The translations under genes and the position numbers were made by a program. The notes beneath the pieces were generated by a model that was not told where the DNA came from, did not search any database, and saw only the letters and a list, made by a program, of their open reading frames with translations. Shown here piece after piece: positions 17,200-32,515 of a DNA stretch of 64,000 nucleotides (position 1 is the stretch's first letter; each line of letters opens with the position of its first letter). Source of the stretch: the human T2T-CHM13v2.0 reference genome, Homo sapiens; assembly GCF_009914755.1 (NCBI RefSeq), contig NC_060927.1, one strand, 5' to 3'.

Positions 17200-17292
17200 A
17201 CTCCCTTCCTTCCCTCCCTTCCTCCCTCTCCTCCCTCCCTACCTTTCCTCCCCTCTTTCCCTGCCTCCCTCCCTTCCTTCTTTCCTTCTTCC
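17200..17292 (+). repeat. (CCCT/CCTT)n polypyrimidine low-complexity tract
   Basis: ~90 nt of almost pure C/T. Confidence 0.85.
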
Positions 17293-17487
17293 AAGTGGGA
17301 CAAATGTGGCCTTCAATGCCCAGCAGCTATCAGTTGTTGCAATTTCTGAGTTAGTGCAGTCTAAACTAATGAAGAAATTGTGAAGATCTCCCCCCAGTTT
17401 TCATCACTGTGCTTACATATAGCTGTGCTTCAGTGCAAGCAAGCATGATCTACCTCCAGGGATGTACCGAAGGAGTAGGAAGAAAGC

Positions 17488-18218
17488 TGACTCAGAAATC
17501 CAGGGCCTTCTTCAAGGCAGAGGCCCTGCCTAATACTCCCGTGTTTGATGGTCCCTGAGTCAGAACGGTTTGTTAGTGGTTTAGAGTTGCAGATTTTCCA
17601 CTCACTTATAAAGGCCCCTGCTGTGCACAGTCACTATGATGAATGAATAACTCAGTTGCATACGCAAGTCTGTTCCCAAGTACCATCTGTTGAGTGAATG
17701 AATGAGTGAACAAAAGGGAAACACATTACCCCAATTGTGAATCTGAATAATGAACTTGGCAATGTGATGTGATCTCTGCTCCAGCAGGCCTGGGTTCCAA
17801 GTCCAGCAGGGCCCTTGATGTCCTTTGTCCTTCATTCCTGTGCACCTTGCGCCTCCAAATCACATTTGGTACGTCTTTCTTGTAGTGCTGATGGTTATTT
17901 ATGAGCATGTCCTGGGCTGCCTGTTCTTATTGTAAGCTCTCCAATTAATTGCCTAGTGCTGTGTACCCAATTATCATGTAAATACATGTTGAATGAATAA
18001 ACAAGTGTGACTCATTCAGAGCTAAACTACGCATGAGAGTAGACATGGCCAGCTTCAGCCAAGAGTGAAAACCAGATTCCCAACTCCCTATAGCCCATTC
18101 CCTGGCTCCCTGGAAAAGTGGAGGGAAAACACTTGGGAATGAGCAGGATTCTAGGAGCTGGGAAGCGCCCCTTTCCCCACTGGGAAATTCCATGTGAGCA
18201 CTCATCGGGGCATTCCCC
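17488..18218. promoter_or_regulatory. AP-1 / NF-kB motif cluster at the LARS2-AS1 5' end (candidate intronic enhancer/promoter)
   Basis: TGACTCA 17488, TGAGTCA 17556, TGACTCA 18008, GGGAAATTCC 18182-18191, GGGGCATTCCCC 18207-18218. Confidence 0.4.
17730..17918 (-). ncRNA. LARS2-AS1: LARS2 antisense RNA 1, probable exon 1 (5' end approximate)
   Basis: Minus-strand donor GGG|gtaatg at 17730/17729. The TSS is not visible in sequence and is placed from my recollection of the annotated lncRNA. Confidence 0.55.
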
Positions 18219-18502
18219 TGCTCTCATTCTCTTGCTTCAGCTGCTTGGGATCTTTCAATGCACCCCTCCCTGCAAAAAGATGGTGGCACTAGCTGGAAAG
18301 TATAGCATCCAGTGCCCCACTTCACTCATTTCTTTCTTCCCTCCTCTCTTGCCTCCACTTTGTCCTACTCACATTATCCCCCACCCCTGCTGCTGGTAGG
18401 TTTATTCATCCACTGAAACAAGCTTGATTGAGTTCAAGGCAATTAACATTACTGAGCATCTGTTAGGAACTGGAGACTGAGAGTGGCCTTTAAGGATTTT
18501 CA

Positions 18503-18803
<301 letters not shown>

Positions 18804-20144
18804 CTACTCCTCACAGGAGAAAGACAGGCAAGCAGCTTACCTAAATACACAATAAAATGTAATAGCTGCTAGATACAATTACAGGCACTACACAGGATGC
18901 ATCAGGAAGGAAAAAACAACTAATTCTAATTCTGACCAGGAGATACCTTCTCAGTGGAGATGGCATTTGAGTTGAGCCAGGAAGGAGGACTAGAGTTTTG
19001 ATAACAGTTTGGGAAATGGCGTGAGTAAAGACGTGGAAGCACATGCAGGCAACATTTGAAAGAGCAGAGGGAGTGGCAGGGGACAGGGAGAAGTCCTGGA
19101 TGGCTATGCGGAGGAATTTGGACTTGATTGGGAGGAGGAGCTCTTCAAATATGACTGCACTCTTTCTTTTCCTCCCTCACAGCTCTGAGAGTTGTCAGGC
19201 ATTGGTTTGGTTCAGTGATCGTAAACAGGCTGGCTCCCCAAGGGCAGAGATTGCTTTGCCCAACATTATATCCCCAGTGCCTAGCTCAGTGCCAGGCACA
19301 TAGCAAGCACTCAAGAAATACCAAAGAAATAAGTGATACATTTCACATAATAACTCTGTGCTTTCTGATTATATGGTACGAAGAAGAATTCAGAGACTCG
19401 TTCTGAGCACCAGGAGTGCTGCTGTCGATGAATGGTGTCTGGGTGGTTGTAGGCAAGGGCACTGGGGATAGTTGGCTAGGTTTTGCCATCCCTGCTCTAG
19501 ATGATCCATCTGAGATGGCCCCTGCTGCACTGCAACCCTCAGAGAAGACAGTCCAGAAGAGCTTCAACTGTCAAGTTTCATTGTTGGAAGCTTTCAGACA
19601 TTAGGATATATTCATGTAACTAGCAGGTCTTGGTGTGGGTGCACTGCTGAGGACCTGCCTGCCAGTTCTGGGGAAAGCCTCCCATGTGGACATCCCCTGA
19701 GAGCTCTCACTAAGAAATGGCTACAAGCGGGTTAGAAACAGGCAGATGAAATAATAGTGTTAGCAGTCAGGCTATAGGAGCCCATAGTGAGGAGACAGTG
19801 CCTAGAAGCGGATGGAAGGTTGATTTCACGTTCTGCTAATTGGGCTGAATGCCAGTTACACAAGTGTGTTTTATATTGTGAAGATTCATCATTATACCGC
19901 TAGGACTTACACTTTTCAATATGTGTGCTATACCTCAACAGTTTACCTTAAAAAAAAAAAAGTTATAAAAGACGAGGCAAAAGTTGCAGCCTTAGGCTGA
20001 ACAGCTGGGGTTAGTCAGTTTTTCGCAGGTTGCAATTCTGTCCGTTCTCGGAAGGTGGCAGTGTTGTGCCACTTGATAAAATACAAGACCTAAGAATAGG
20101 ATTCCTTGGATTCCCAGCCCCTTCTTGAGGCTTAATGCTGCTGA

Positions 20145-20446
20145 TTTTTTTTTTTTTTTTTTTTTTGGAGACAGAGTCTCGCTCTGTCTCCCAGGCTGGG
20201 GTGCAGTGGCGTGATCTCGGCCCACTGCAACCTCCGCCTCCTGGGCTCAAGCAACCCCTGCCTCAGCCTCCCAAGCAGCGGGGACTACAGGTGTGCGCCC
20301 CCACACCTGGCCAACTTTTTGTATTTTAGTAGAGACGGGGTTTCACCATGTTGCCCAGGCCAGTCTCAAACTTTGAGCTCAGGCAATCCACCTGCCTCGG
20401 CCTCCCAAAGCGCTAGGATTACAAGCGTGAGCCACCGCGCCTGGCC
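20145..20446 (-). mobile_element. Alu SINE
   Basis: Full dimer. TSD aatgctgctgatttt. Confidence 0.92.
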
Positions 20447-21241
20447 AATGCTGCTGATTTTGATCATCCTACCTATCTTTATCTTTGAATCCAGATCATT
20501 CTCTCCTAACTTTTGCCCTAAAAACACCTTTAAAAATTTACCTTGAGCAACCAAAGCCATGTACTGGTGATGTTTGTGGGGAACATCACTGGATCTCCAG
20601 GAAATGAGTGCTCCTATCTGATACCCTGAACACGAAATACTTAACGTGTGTTATCAGCAGATATCGCCATGAATCATTCTTTGAGTTTGGAATAGGTCTT
20701 GCTGAAATGCCTCAAAATTGAATCAGGCAGATTCTTAAGAATAAACAACTGCAAATTTGCAATAATTTCAGTATGAAGGTCAACCTGTTCTTATCCTCTT
20801 ATGAGAAAAAGTTTATATGTCACTATTTACCCAGTAAGGGTATAACTAAAACTACTTTTTAAAACAGGTACTATAAATAAGTTATAATCAATTCATATTT
20901 CAGAACACTAGGTAACTTTTTAAAAAGTGAGATAGATCTATATGAACTGCCATGGAGAAATCCATTCATATCATTAAGTGAAATACCATAAAGTATACAT
21001 AAGGTATAATCCCACTTATATAAATCCCCAAAAATCTATAAAAACCATATGTGGATAGGTACACATTTATGTATACAAAGGCATTGAAAAATGTCTCCAG
21101 ACTTTTCCAGGGATATATACCAAACTATTAATAAGAACTGCCTCCTGAAAGGGACATAGGCCTAGAAAGGAGTGGTAGTGTTTGGATTTGAACAGAAGGT
21201 TTATAGTCATATATGACTTGTATGGTTTAAAACTTTTTTTA

Positions 21242-21313
21242 GGCCAGGTGGGGTGGCTCACACCTGTAATCCCAGTACTTTGGGGGGCCGAGGCAGGTGG
21301 ATCACGCCCAGCC
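21242..21313. mobile_element. Alu 5' fragment fused to an inverted Alu 5' end
   Basis: ggccaggtggggtggctcacacctgtaatccc...gatcacg followed directly by cccagcc. Confidence 0.75.
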
Positions 21314-21372
21314 TGAATTTATTTTCTTATCACTTATTTCTAAGGAGCCATTTGTTTAAGCTGGGTTTATAA

Positions 21373-21663
<291 letters not shown>

Positions 21664-22295
21664 TGAGAGCTACTGAGCAAGCAGGCATCTGCCTCTAGAG
21701 TGGGGAGGATGCAGGAGAGAGACCCGCTGGCTGTGAGGTCTCTAAGCCTCAGCTCCCTCTGGGCCTGCGCCCCCTGAAGCCTGGTCCTGGACTGGCCGTC
21801 TGCTCCTCTGCTGCAGCCCCCTTCAGCCAAAGTGCCACCTCAGCTTCTGGCAGGGTTTTCATTTGTATGTAACAGAGTCAACTCAGGCATGACCTCCTAT
21901 CCCAGACCATCTTTGAAAGCCCACCTCAGGGATAGAGCCCCCAGGCCCAAGACACATTCTTCCAGAACTGGGGTACTCCCAGTGTTTCTCCCAACATGTT
22001 CTAGTGGCACATTTCAGAACCTTGGGGGGCAGCACTCGGTTTACTCGTAGCACCCCAGAGCAGCCCCCTCTTAGCATTTCCCAGTAAAACACCTCCCCCT
22101 GATTCCCCAAACTTCCCTCCTGTCCCAGCTCTCCCAAGCCTTTTCCTTCCACTCTGCATTTTCACCCTTTACCCTTTACATTTCACCCTTCATTTTCACC
22201 CTGAGGATCACAAGATCTTCAGGTGCCATGGTGAGGATGTATCACGTGCACCCAGCACACACGTGGAATATATGACATGTTAGAAAATGGGTAGG

Positions 22296-22702
<407 letters not shown>

Positions 22703-24347
22703 TCACACGACAACCCTGTAAATGGTAGGCAGCCTCTCCAGCCAAACATTAGAGACAGGGTTTAGGGAAGCAGTCGATGCAATTACCTCATCAAAGCAAA
22801 ATATATCAAGGTTTATAACGGTCCGTGGGAGAAAAAGAAGCTGGAGAAGCAGAACTGGCAGTGTCTCTCCAGCATGGATGACAGAGGGAAAGAGCTAAAT
22901 TCAGGTGCACATAGAATTCAGCCTCACAGTTAGTGAAGTGTTCTCTGTAACAGGCAAGGCTGCCCATGTATAGCTGTGCAGTTTGTGCGCTACACAAAAG
23001 AACCAAGCCAAGGCTGTGATTTCAGTAGGGCCTGAAATGCAGCCGTTTCTCAAGCCATACATTTCAGGGCAACATCTGCCAAACGAGGGTGACTTTTTCT
23101 AACTTCTCAACTTTTCTGCCCAGAAAGATACATTTTTTCCTAATTTGCATAACAGTGTTTTAAGGTCTAGACACAGCCTGGGGCAGGGTAAAGGGGCCAG
23201 TGGTTCCCTGAGTCTCACCACAGCGTGGATAAACATCTAGGACTTCAGTCTCCCCTTCTCTGCTGTCATGGGGTCAGGCAGTATTGTGAACATCTTTTCC
23301 CTTCCCACGTAGTCTTGCCTACTGGGTGAGAATACTTTGATCAGCAAGGGCAGGTTTCTGTCTCCTTCATGGATGTAACTCTCATGAAGTATGGAGTTGG
23401 CTTTTAGGTCTGTACATCGGTCCCCTGTTAGCTTGGTTGCTGTTGGAATCAGAGATTATTTGGCTGGAAGGAAAAGAAATCCACCCAAACCCAGTTGCAG
23501 AAAATAGAGCTAGGCCCCACTGCTCATAGGAAGTCACCAGCCACTCCTTTTTTCTTCTCTCTTTCTCAGCTCTCTCGTTCTTAGTTCTTCTTCCTGCTTC
23601 TCTCTGTTCTTCTGCCCTGTTCTCCTTCATCTGCCAGACTTGGATTCTCCTCTCCCCAATTTCAATTTACCAAGTGACCTTGGGTAGCTGCAGTGGCAAG
23701 TCTTGCCCCATCTCCTTAGGACCTGATGGTCCCAGTGCTCAGCAACATGGAAACTGAGTTTCTGTATCTCTTAGCTCCAATTTGTGAGATAGAGGCTTAG
23801 CCTTGCCAGGTGCTCTTACTAGTCCTCTCCAGTAGGGCTTGGCAACAAGGTCACCTCATCCAAATGCGGCCATTTAAGACCCCTTCCATCAGCACCATCT
23901 AGACCAGTGGTATGTGAGTAGGGGAGGAGACAGTTCCAAAGAATAGGGTGTGGGTGGCTGGCACCACAAAGGGACCAACACATTTACCATGAGCCCGGTA
24001 AGTGAATTCCATGTGCCCTGAGAGTATGAGATCATGTTTTGGTGACTGCAACATGGATGGGACAGGTCAGGCTGCCAACTTCCATAAGAGACCCTTAATT
24101 CATCAAGAAAATGGCAACGTGTGCGAGTTTTTCAAAATTCTTTTTTACTTTCCTTTTTTGTGTATAAATAATTCACTTGTAAAGGGGGAAATTGTTTTGT
24201 TTTATAGAAAAAGCTGGCACAGGCCATTATAACTGTCCTGTTTATTCGCGAAGGTTTGTGGGAGGAAGGTGGGCCTCATTCATTTAAAAATAAAAATATT
24301 TTTATAACAATACAGAGGGAGAGAAAGCGGCTTGTTAAGTGAATTAG

Positions 24348-24668
<321 letters not shown>

Positions 24669-25465
24669 TGACTTGCTTCCTTTGTGATCTGCCCTGGACT
24701 TTGAAGGAGTTTGAGGAAGGAAATGTCTTTGCTGAAGACAGTGGTAGAGAATTCTAGGAATCAGTTCCATAGAGCAAGTAGCAGCTTGACCAGCATCCTG
24801 CACCACTCTTAGACGGGTGTTGACAAACATAAGCGAGCCTCAGAATCATTTGGGAAACATGTTGCAGATGCAGATTCCAGTGCTCCGCCCATGCCTGCTG
24901 ACACAGCCTCCAGAATGGGGCTCAGGAGGTGGCCTTTGAACAAGCTCAGCGGTGATTCCAGTGCACACTCTACGAGGACCATGCTTTGAGAGTGGTTTCC
25001 TTGGAGACAGACTGGCTTCTGAGCTACTCCTAGGCCTGCTATAGTCCAAAGAGGCCAGTTCCCTCTTTCTTGATGTACCCTGCAAGGTTTTTTCTAGAAC
25101 AGTGTCATTCTCCCTCACCAATCCAGAAAGCCCCGGGAGGGGTCTGGGCCTGTTGTTACCTATGGCCTCTTAGTCACCCACAGCACCCTTCATCTCCCCA
25201 CTTAGGGGAGATTTGTCTCTCCAGAGTTGTTTAGTACTAAAATGACATGAAGTAAAATAATCTTGAGTATCTGGCTATTCTAGAATAAACCCGTCCAACA
25301 GTCATTCATTTTTACTTCATGTGATCAGCCCTAAGTGTTGTTGTGGGAAGAGGAAGTCAGATGCCTGGAAACTTGAGCCTTGTGTGAAGTATCCATGTCA
25401 TTTGAGAAATCACTGTTTATTTTGATTTCCAACTAGCTGTGGCTAGTGGGAAGTGTGGTCTGGAA

Positions 25466-25642
25466 CAGTGGTCACAGATGCCAGTCCTAGAACTAGCTGC
25501 CTCAGAATCACTGGGGGGCTTGCAAAGCACAGACAGGTGGAGGTTCTGGCTCCCACCCCTAACCCAGGGGACAGGCTCCAGGAATCTTTCTAAGAAGCCT
25601 CCCAGAAGGTTCTGCTGTGCATTCAGGCTTGAGAATGCCTAG
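25466..25642. mobile_element. MER5-like hAT-Charlie relic (similar relics at ~24850-25000 and ~57415-57555)
   Basis: cagtggt...tcagaatcactggggggcttg...ctcccagaaggttctgctgtgcattcaggcttgagaa. Confidence 0.6.
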
Positions 25643-26078
25643 CCTAGTGGCCAGACAGTACAAGGACCTGGACTGACCCTAATTTGGCTACTGGTATAAC
25701 CCAGGGCCACCAGGTAAAGCCATTCAGCTTTACCAGAAGATCAGACCAGCAGCTGGATTGGATGAGCTTGTGTAAAATATGGAAAACACACATACCTGCA
25801 AGGACAGGGATTGTGCCAATGCACTTCACACTCTACAGCAGTGTGGCTGCAAGCACAGTCATGCTATCCACAAGGTAAGAGCTTGCACCAGCAGGAGTCA
25901 GCACTGTCTCCAAAGCACCATGTTAACTCCATGGCATTTTTGTCCCAGCAAGCTTGCTTAATCAAGGCGGCGGGGCACCAGGGCTCATCTTGACCAAGCT
26001 TCTGAGCTCATGACCGTTGGTGGGTGGCACTTTGAGTGGCCCTGCCATCCAGTGCTCTGAATCTGGGCACTAAAATGA

Positions 26079-26681
<603 letters not shown>

Positions 26682-27581
26682 TGATGATGTCTCACATTTG
26701 TCCATCCTGGGTCTCAGGAAGCTGCCACTTTCCATGTTTCCACATTTAACACATCCAAGCAGAGAACCAAATCCAGGATCACCCTGTCATCCAGGATGAC
26801 ACCGCATATGTTACATTAACAGAAATACAATTTTAGAGTTGGAAGGGGCATTAAGAAACTATCCTCTGTAGCCTCCTCATTGTACAGATGGGGACAGAGA
26901 TGATGTCCAGATATCTTGCCTAACGTCACACGGCTAGTGAGGAACTGAGCAGAGATTAGAATCCCAGTCCTCCACATAGTGAGGACTTTCCCGCTCAGTT
27001 ACTTTGTTACACAATATCCATGTGAACTATTGTGGGTTAATTTCTGCAAATCTGAAGTCATTGTAATGGGTATCTGATATCCCAAATTCTTCTTAAGCTG
27101 ATTTAAAAAAAAAAAAGTTATGCTGATTCAGACATAAAGTTAATCAGTGTCGCTCATCTGCACTCTGATAATGAACACAATGATGCGTGGCAGGTTTTTG
27201 CCTCTCTGGTTTGTATAACCTGAAGTGGCCCTGGGTCCAGCATGGTCTTATTTGTTGACACTTCTTCAGCTTTATTTCTGGCCTCTGTACCCTCTCTATG
27301 TGGAGGAACAGAGCTCCCTGAATGAATGTAGGGGTCTGAGTGATGCCTGAGCGATTGAGTTCATACCACATATTTTCTCCCTGGATTTGGCAAATTCTTC
27401 TATTCTGTCAGATAAAAGAATTAGGTTATTTCAACAAGTTGGAAACTCTTGACATCCTTAAAGATGTGTTACTTTTCTGTATTCTTGCCTATAGTCAAAA
27501 TGGAAAAGCACAGAAACATGAAAAAGCTGACAAGCTGTGTTAATGTTCTTATGTTGACTGTACATTTCAAAATGTAAAATT

Positions 27582-27928
<347 letters not shown>

Positions 27929-28023
27929 TCACATAACCAAGCAGAAGTGGCATCCTTTATTCCTGTTTTCTGTTATGTTGAGTTTACCCATCAGTGGGTC
28001 CTGCGTCCTATTCATGTTACTAG

Positions 28024-28336
<313 letters not shown>

Positions 28337-28591
28337 TAAGCACCTACTATGAGAACCAACAGTATCCCAGATATGTGGAAGAATAGTCTTAAACAGTGGA
28401 AACAGTGTTGACTTTGAATTTTAAAATATTTGTGTAGATGAAACATAGCGATTATTTGAGATAGTAGATATATTTATAAATATCTTTGCATCCCATTCAT
28501 TTTCCTTTTTTTTTGTTTTGATAATTCAGTCTTTTTGTGGAAAGCTTAAAAGAATTTTGAAATAAGTAAATAATTGAACCTTTACTAATAG

Positions 28592-28828
<237 letters not shown>

Positions 28829-29278
28829 TAGTTTTATGCTGGAATGTTCTTAAAGATTTTCTGGTCCAAACCCCCTTCTCCCCCAATATTTTACAGATGA
28901 GGACATTGAGGCCCAGGGAAGTTAGATGACATGTCTGGTTGATTAGTGACAAATCTAGGACCAGACTCAGGCCTCCCTGTCTTCTGGCTCTTTGCACCCC
29001 CGCTGTCTGATTTCATGAATGAATTGTGATACCTCCTCGGCATCATTACATTTGATATTCATTTAACCTGGATGGATCAGGATCGTTCTCACCAATGCCA
29101 AAAGTCAGCCTTTTCAGTATGGACTTCCTTCTTGCTAAGTGTGACTACCATTTTTCTTGCCAGGGAAAGGATTTGTCAACAAATGTTCTTAGCTACTGGA
29201 CAACAAAAGCATTCATTAAAGCTATTAACAAATGCTTTTTAAAAATGAAGTCCTCTCCAAGCTTTTAAGATCAGTGGG

Positions 29279-29820
29279 GGCCAGGCACAGTGGCTCATGC
29301 CTGTAATCTCAACGCTTTGGAAGACCAAGCTGAGAGGATCACTTGAGGCCAGGAGTTCAAGACCTGCCTGGGCCGCGTAGAAAATAAAATAATTAGGCCA
29401 GGCATGGTGGCTCACACCTGTAATCCCAGCACTTTGGGAGGCTGAGGCAGGCGGATCACGAGGTCAGGAGATCAAGACCATCCTGGCTAACACAGTGAAA
29501 CCCCATCTCTACTAAAAAATACAAAAAATTAGCCAGGCGTGGTGGCAGGCACCAGTAGTCCCAGCTACTCAGGAGGCTGAGGCAGGAGAATGGTGTGAAC
29601 CCAGGTGGCGGAGCATGCAGTGAGCCAAGATCACGCCACTGCACTTCAGCCTGGGCGACAAAGCAAGACTCCGCCTCAAAAACAAAGTAAAAAAATAAAA
29701 TAATTAGCCTGGCATGGTGGCGTACAGCTGTAGCTGTAGCTACTCGGGAAGCTGAGGCGAGAGGATCGCTTGAACCCATCCTGGGCAACAGAGCAGGAGA
29801 CTCTGTCTCTAAAAATAAAA
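29279..29820 (+). mobile_element. Nested Alus: AluY-like (29396-~29690) inserted in the linker of an internally deleted AluJ
   Basis: TSD aaaataaaataattag on both sides of the inner element. Confidence 0.88.
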
Positions 29821-30198
29821 TTAAAAGGGTAATTTTTAAAAAGTAAAATAAAGATAAAAAAGAACAATGGAAGAAATTTCAAATTTGACTACATAAAACT
29901 TGACATTTTCAGTATGTTAAAAAAATTTATAACATGTCAGACAGAAGGTTAATATCCTTGTAAAGCACTCTTACATATTAATATGAAAATACCTAACCAA
30001 AAATGGTCAAAGCATATGAAAAGATAATAACTCATAGAAAATGTTATAGAAATAGCCAATACATTTGTGGAGAAAAAAAAGTCTGCCTCTCTAATTATCA
30101 TGAAAGGCAAATTTAAAACAAGATGCTTTTGTTTTTGTTTTTGTTTTTTTTTAAATACCTGTCAAATTTGCTGAGAATACTTTAACGTAACTATTCAG

Positions 30199-30494
30199 GG
30201 CCAGGCACAGTGGCTCATGCCTGTAATTCCAGCACTTTGGGAGGCCGAGGCAGCAGGATCGATTGAGCTCAGGAGTTTGAGACCAGCCTGGGCAACATAA
30301 CAAGACTTCATCTGTAAAAAATTTAAAAATTAGCCAAGTGTGGTGGCATGCACCTGTAGTTCTAGCTACTCAGGAGGCTGAGGCGGGAGGATCCCTTGAG
30401 CCCAGGAATTTGAGGTTGCAGTGAGCTGTTTGGTGCCACTGTACTCTAGCCTGGGTGACAAAGCGAGACTCTCTCTCAAAAAAATAAAAATAAA
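30199..30494 (+). mobile_element. AluJ SINE
   Basis: Full dimer embedded in L1ME-like sequence. Confidence 0.9.
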
Positions 30495-30821
30495 GGCATA
30501 ATTATTCCCCATGCTATTGCAAAGATGGCAGAATAGACTTTTACACGCCAGTGATAGGTGTGGTTGGTGTAACCTTGCCAGGAAGCACTTCGGCTATCAG
30601 GTTGATTGTGTTATATCCTCTGATCCAGGAGTGTTCACTGCAGATAATTTATAATCACAGAGACTCGGAACCCCAGTGTCCTCTGATGGGGGAATTGTGA
30701 AATGACTTATGTCATATCAATAAGAAAGGAATGTGCCACCACAATTAACCTCATGTCTTGAAGAATACTTAATATCAGAAACTGTTTATGATATAATGTT
30801 AAGTAAAAACACATGACACAA

Positions 30822-31275
30822 GGCCAGGCACAGTGGCTCACGCCTGTAATCCCAGCACTGCGGGAGGTCAAGGCAGATAGATCGCTTGAGGTCAGGAGTT
30901 CAACACCAACCTGCTCAACATGGTGAAACCCTGTCTCTACTAAAAATACAAAAAATCAGCCAGGGTGTGGTGGTGCACACCTGTGCACCTGTAGTCCCAG
31001 GCACTCAGGAGGCTGAGGCAGGAGGATTGCTTAAACCTGTAGGCAGAGGTTGCAGTGAGCTGAGATCACACCACTGCACTCCAGCCTGGGCAACAGAGAG
31101 AGACTCTGTCTCAAAAAAAAAAGATACAAAAGTGTTCATATGAGCTGGGTGCAGTGGTTCACACATGTAATCCTAGCATTTTGGGAGGCCAGGGCAGGCA
31201 GATGGCTTGAGCCCAGGATTTCGAGACCAGCCTGAGCAATATAGTGAGATACCCCATCTCTATTTAAAAAAAAAT
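30822..31275 (+). mobile_element. AluS (30822-31122) plus FLAM/left monomer (31143-~31275)
   Basis: The monomer is flanked by TSD aagtgttcatatg. Confidence 0.88.
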
Positions 31276-31520
31276 TAATTTTTAAAATTAAAAAAAAGGA
31301 AGTGTTCATATGGCAAGATTACCAATCCTGAAAATGTTACATGTGTAATAAGCATTTATATACACATTTTTGCATTTTTGGAGACAAGGATAAAATATAC
31401 CTTTTTTTCTAGGTTGTATAATTATGAGTAGTTTTTCATTTCCTGTATATTCTGTGCTGAGTGTGTGTTAGCTTTTTAATCAGAAAAAATAAAGCAAGAC
31501 ACTGAAATGAAACTGTAATG

Positions 31521-31586
31521 AATTTCTGTCTTTCCATTCCGGAATTTGGGAAGTCCTTAATAATAACACACAGAGCTAAACACAAC
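31521..31586 (+). repeat. 66-bp dispersed direct repeat, copy 1
   Basis: 60/66 identical to 34195-34260. Confidence 0.93.
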
Positions 31587-31903
31587 TATGTTTGCCGGAA
31601 TTGACCAAAGGTATTTCAGAGAATAGGGGTCCCTAAGTAGGGTATAGAGGCCCCCCTGCCCTAGGTGTTTCACAGTTTAACACCTTTGAGCAGGTCTCAG
31701 TGCATTTCTCTGTGGACCTGCAGCACAGAGGAAACCTAGCAGAGTGGGTAAGAGTTTGGCTACAGTGTGCCTGGGGGCAGATTGCCCTCCCTTGCTGATC
31801 CTTAGCTGCTTCATCTGTCCAATGGGGTAAGAATACCACCCTCAAAGAGTGGTGAGGACTAAATAAGTTAACATCATGTATTTGTTGTTGCTGCTGCTGG
31901 AGC

Positions 31904-32183
31904 TTTTTTTTTTTTTTAAAGATAGGGTCTCACTGTTGCCCAAGCTTCAGTGCAGTGGTGCAGTCATAGCTCACTGCAGCCTTGACCTCCTGGTCTTAAG
32001 TGATCCTCCCACTTCAGCCTCCTAAGTAACTGGGACTATAGGTGTGTGCAACTGTGCCTGGCTAATTTTTTTTTATTTTTTAATTTTTCATAGAGATGAG
32101 GTCTCACTATAGTGCCCAGGCTGGTCTCAAATTCTTGGCCTCCCAAAGTAGTGGGAGTATAAGTGTCAGCTACCACACCTGGC
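31904..32183 (-). mobile_element. AluJ SINE with internal deletion
   Basis: Antisense dimer with part of the left arm missing (tcttggcc|tcccaaagt). Confidence 0.88.
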
Positions 32184-32368
32184 TTGCTGTAGTTTATCTC
32201 AGTGCTATCATTAAGTAGGGGAAGTTCATTGTCCCAAGCAGAAATGGATGGCAAAGGGGGTTTCTTCCTACCAGCTTGTGTCTCTGGACTTCAGATACAT
32301 TAATGGTCTTTCTTACCCGTGCTTATTTTTACACCTCAGTCTTCTTACTTTTTTTTCCTCTTCCTTAG

Positions 32369-32515
<147 letters not shown>

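Noticed and set aside
19150-19190. Strong orphan acceptors at 19182 and 41996
   Set aside because: No convincing donor within exon distance, so likely decoys.
22155-22202. Short (TTTCACCCT)-like repeats, and the 16-bp doublet at ~40864-40896
   Set aside because: Ordinary slippage-level low complexity.
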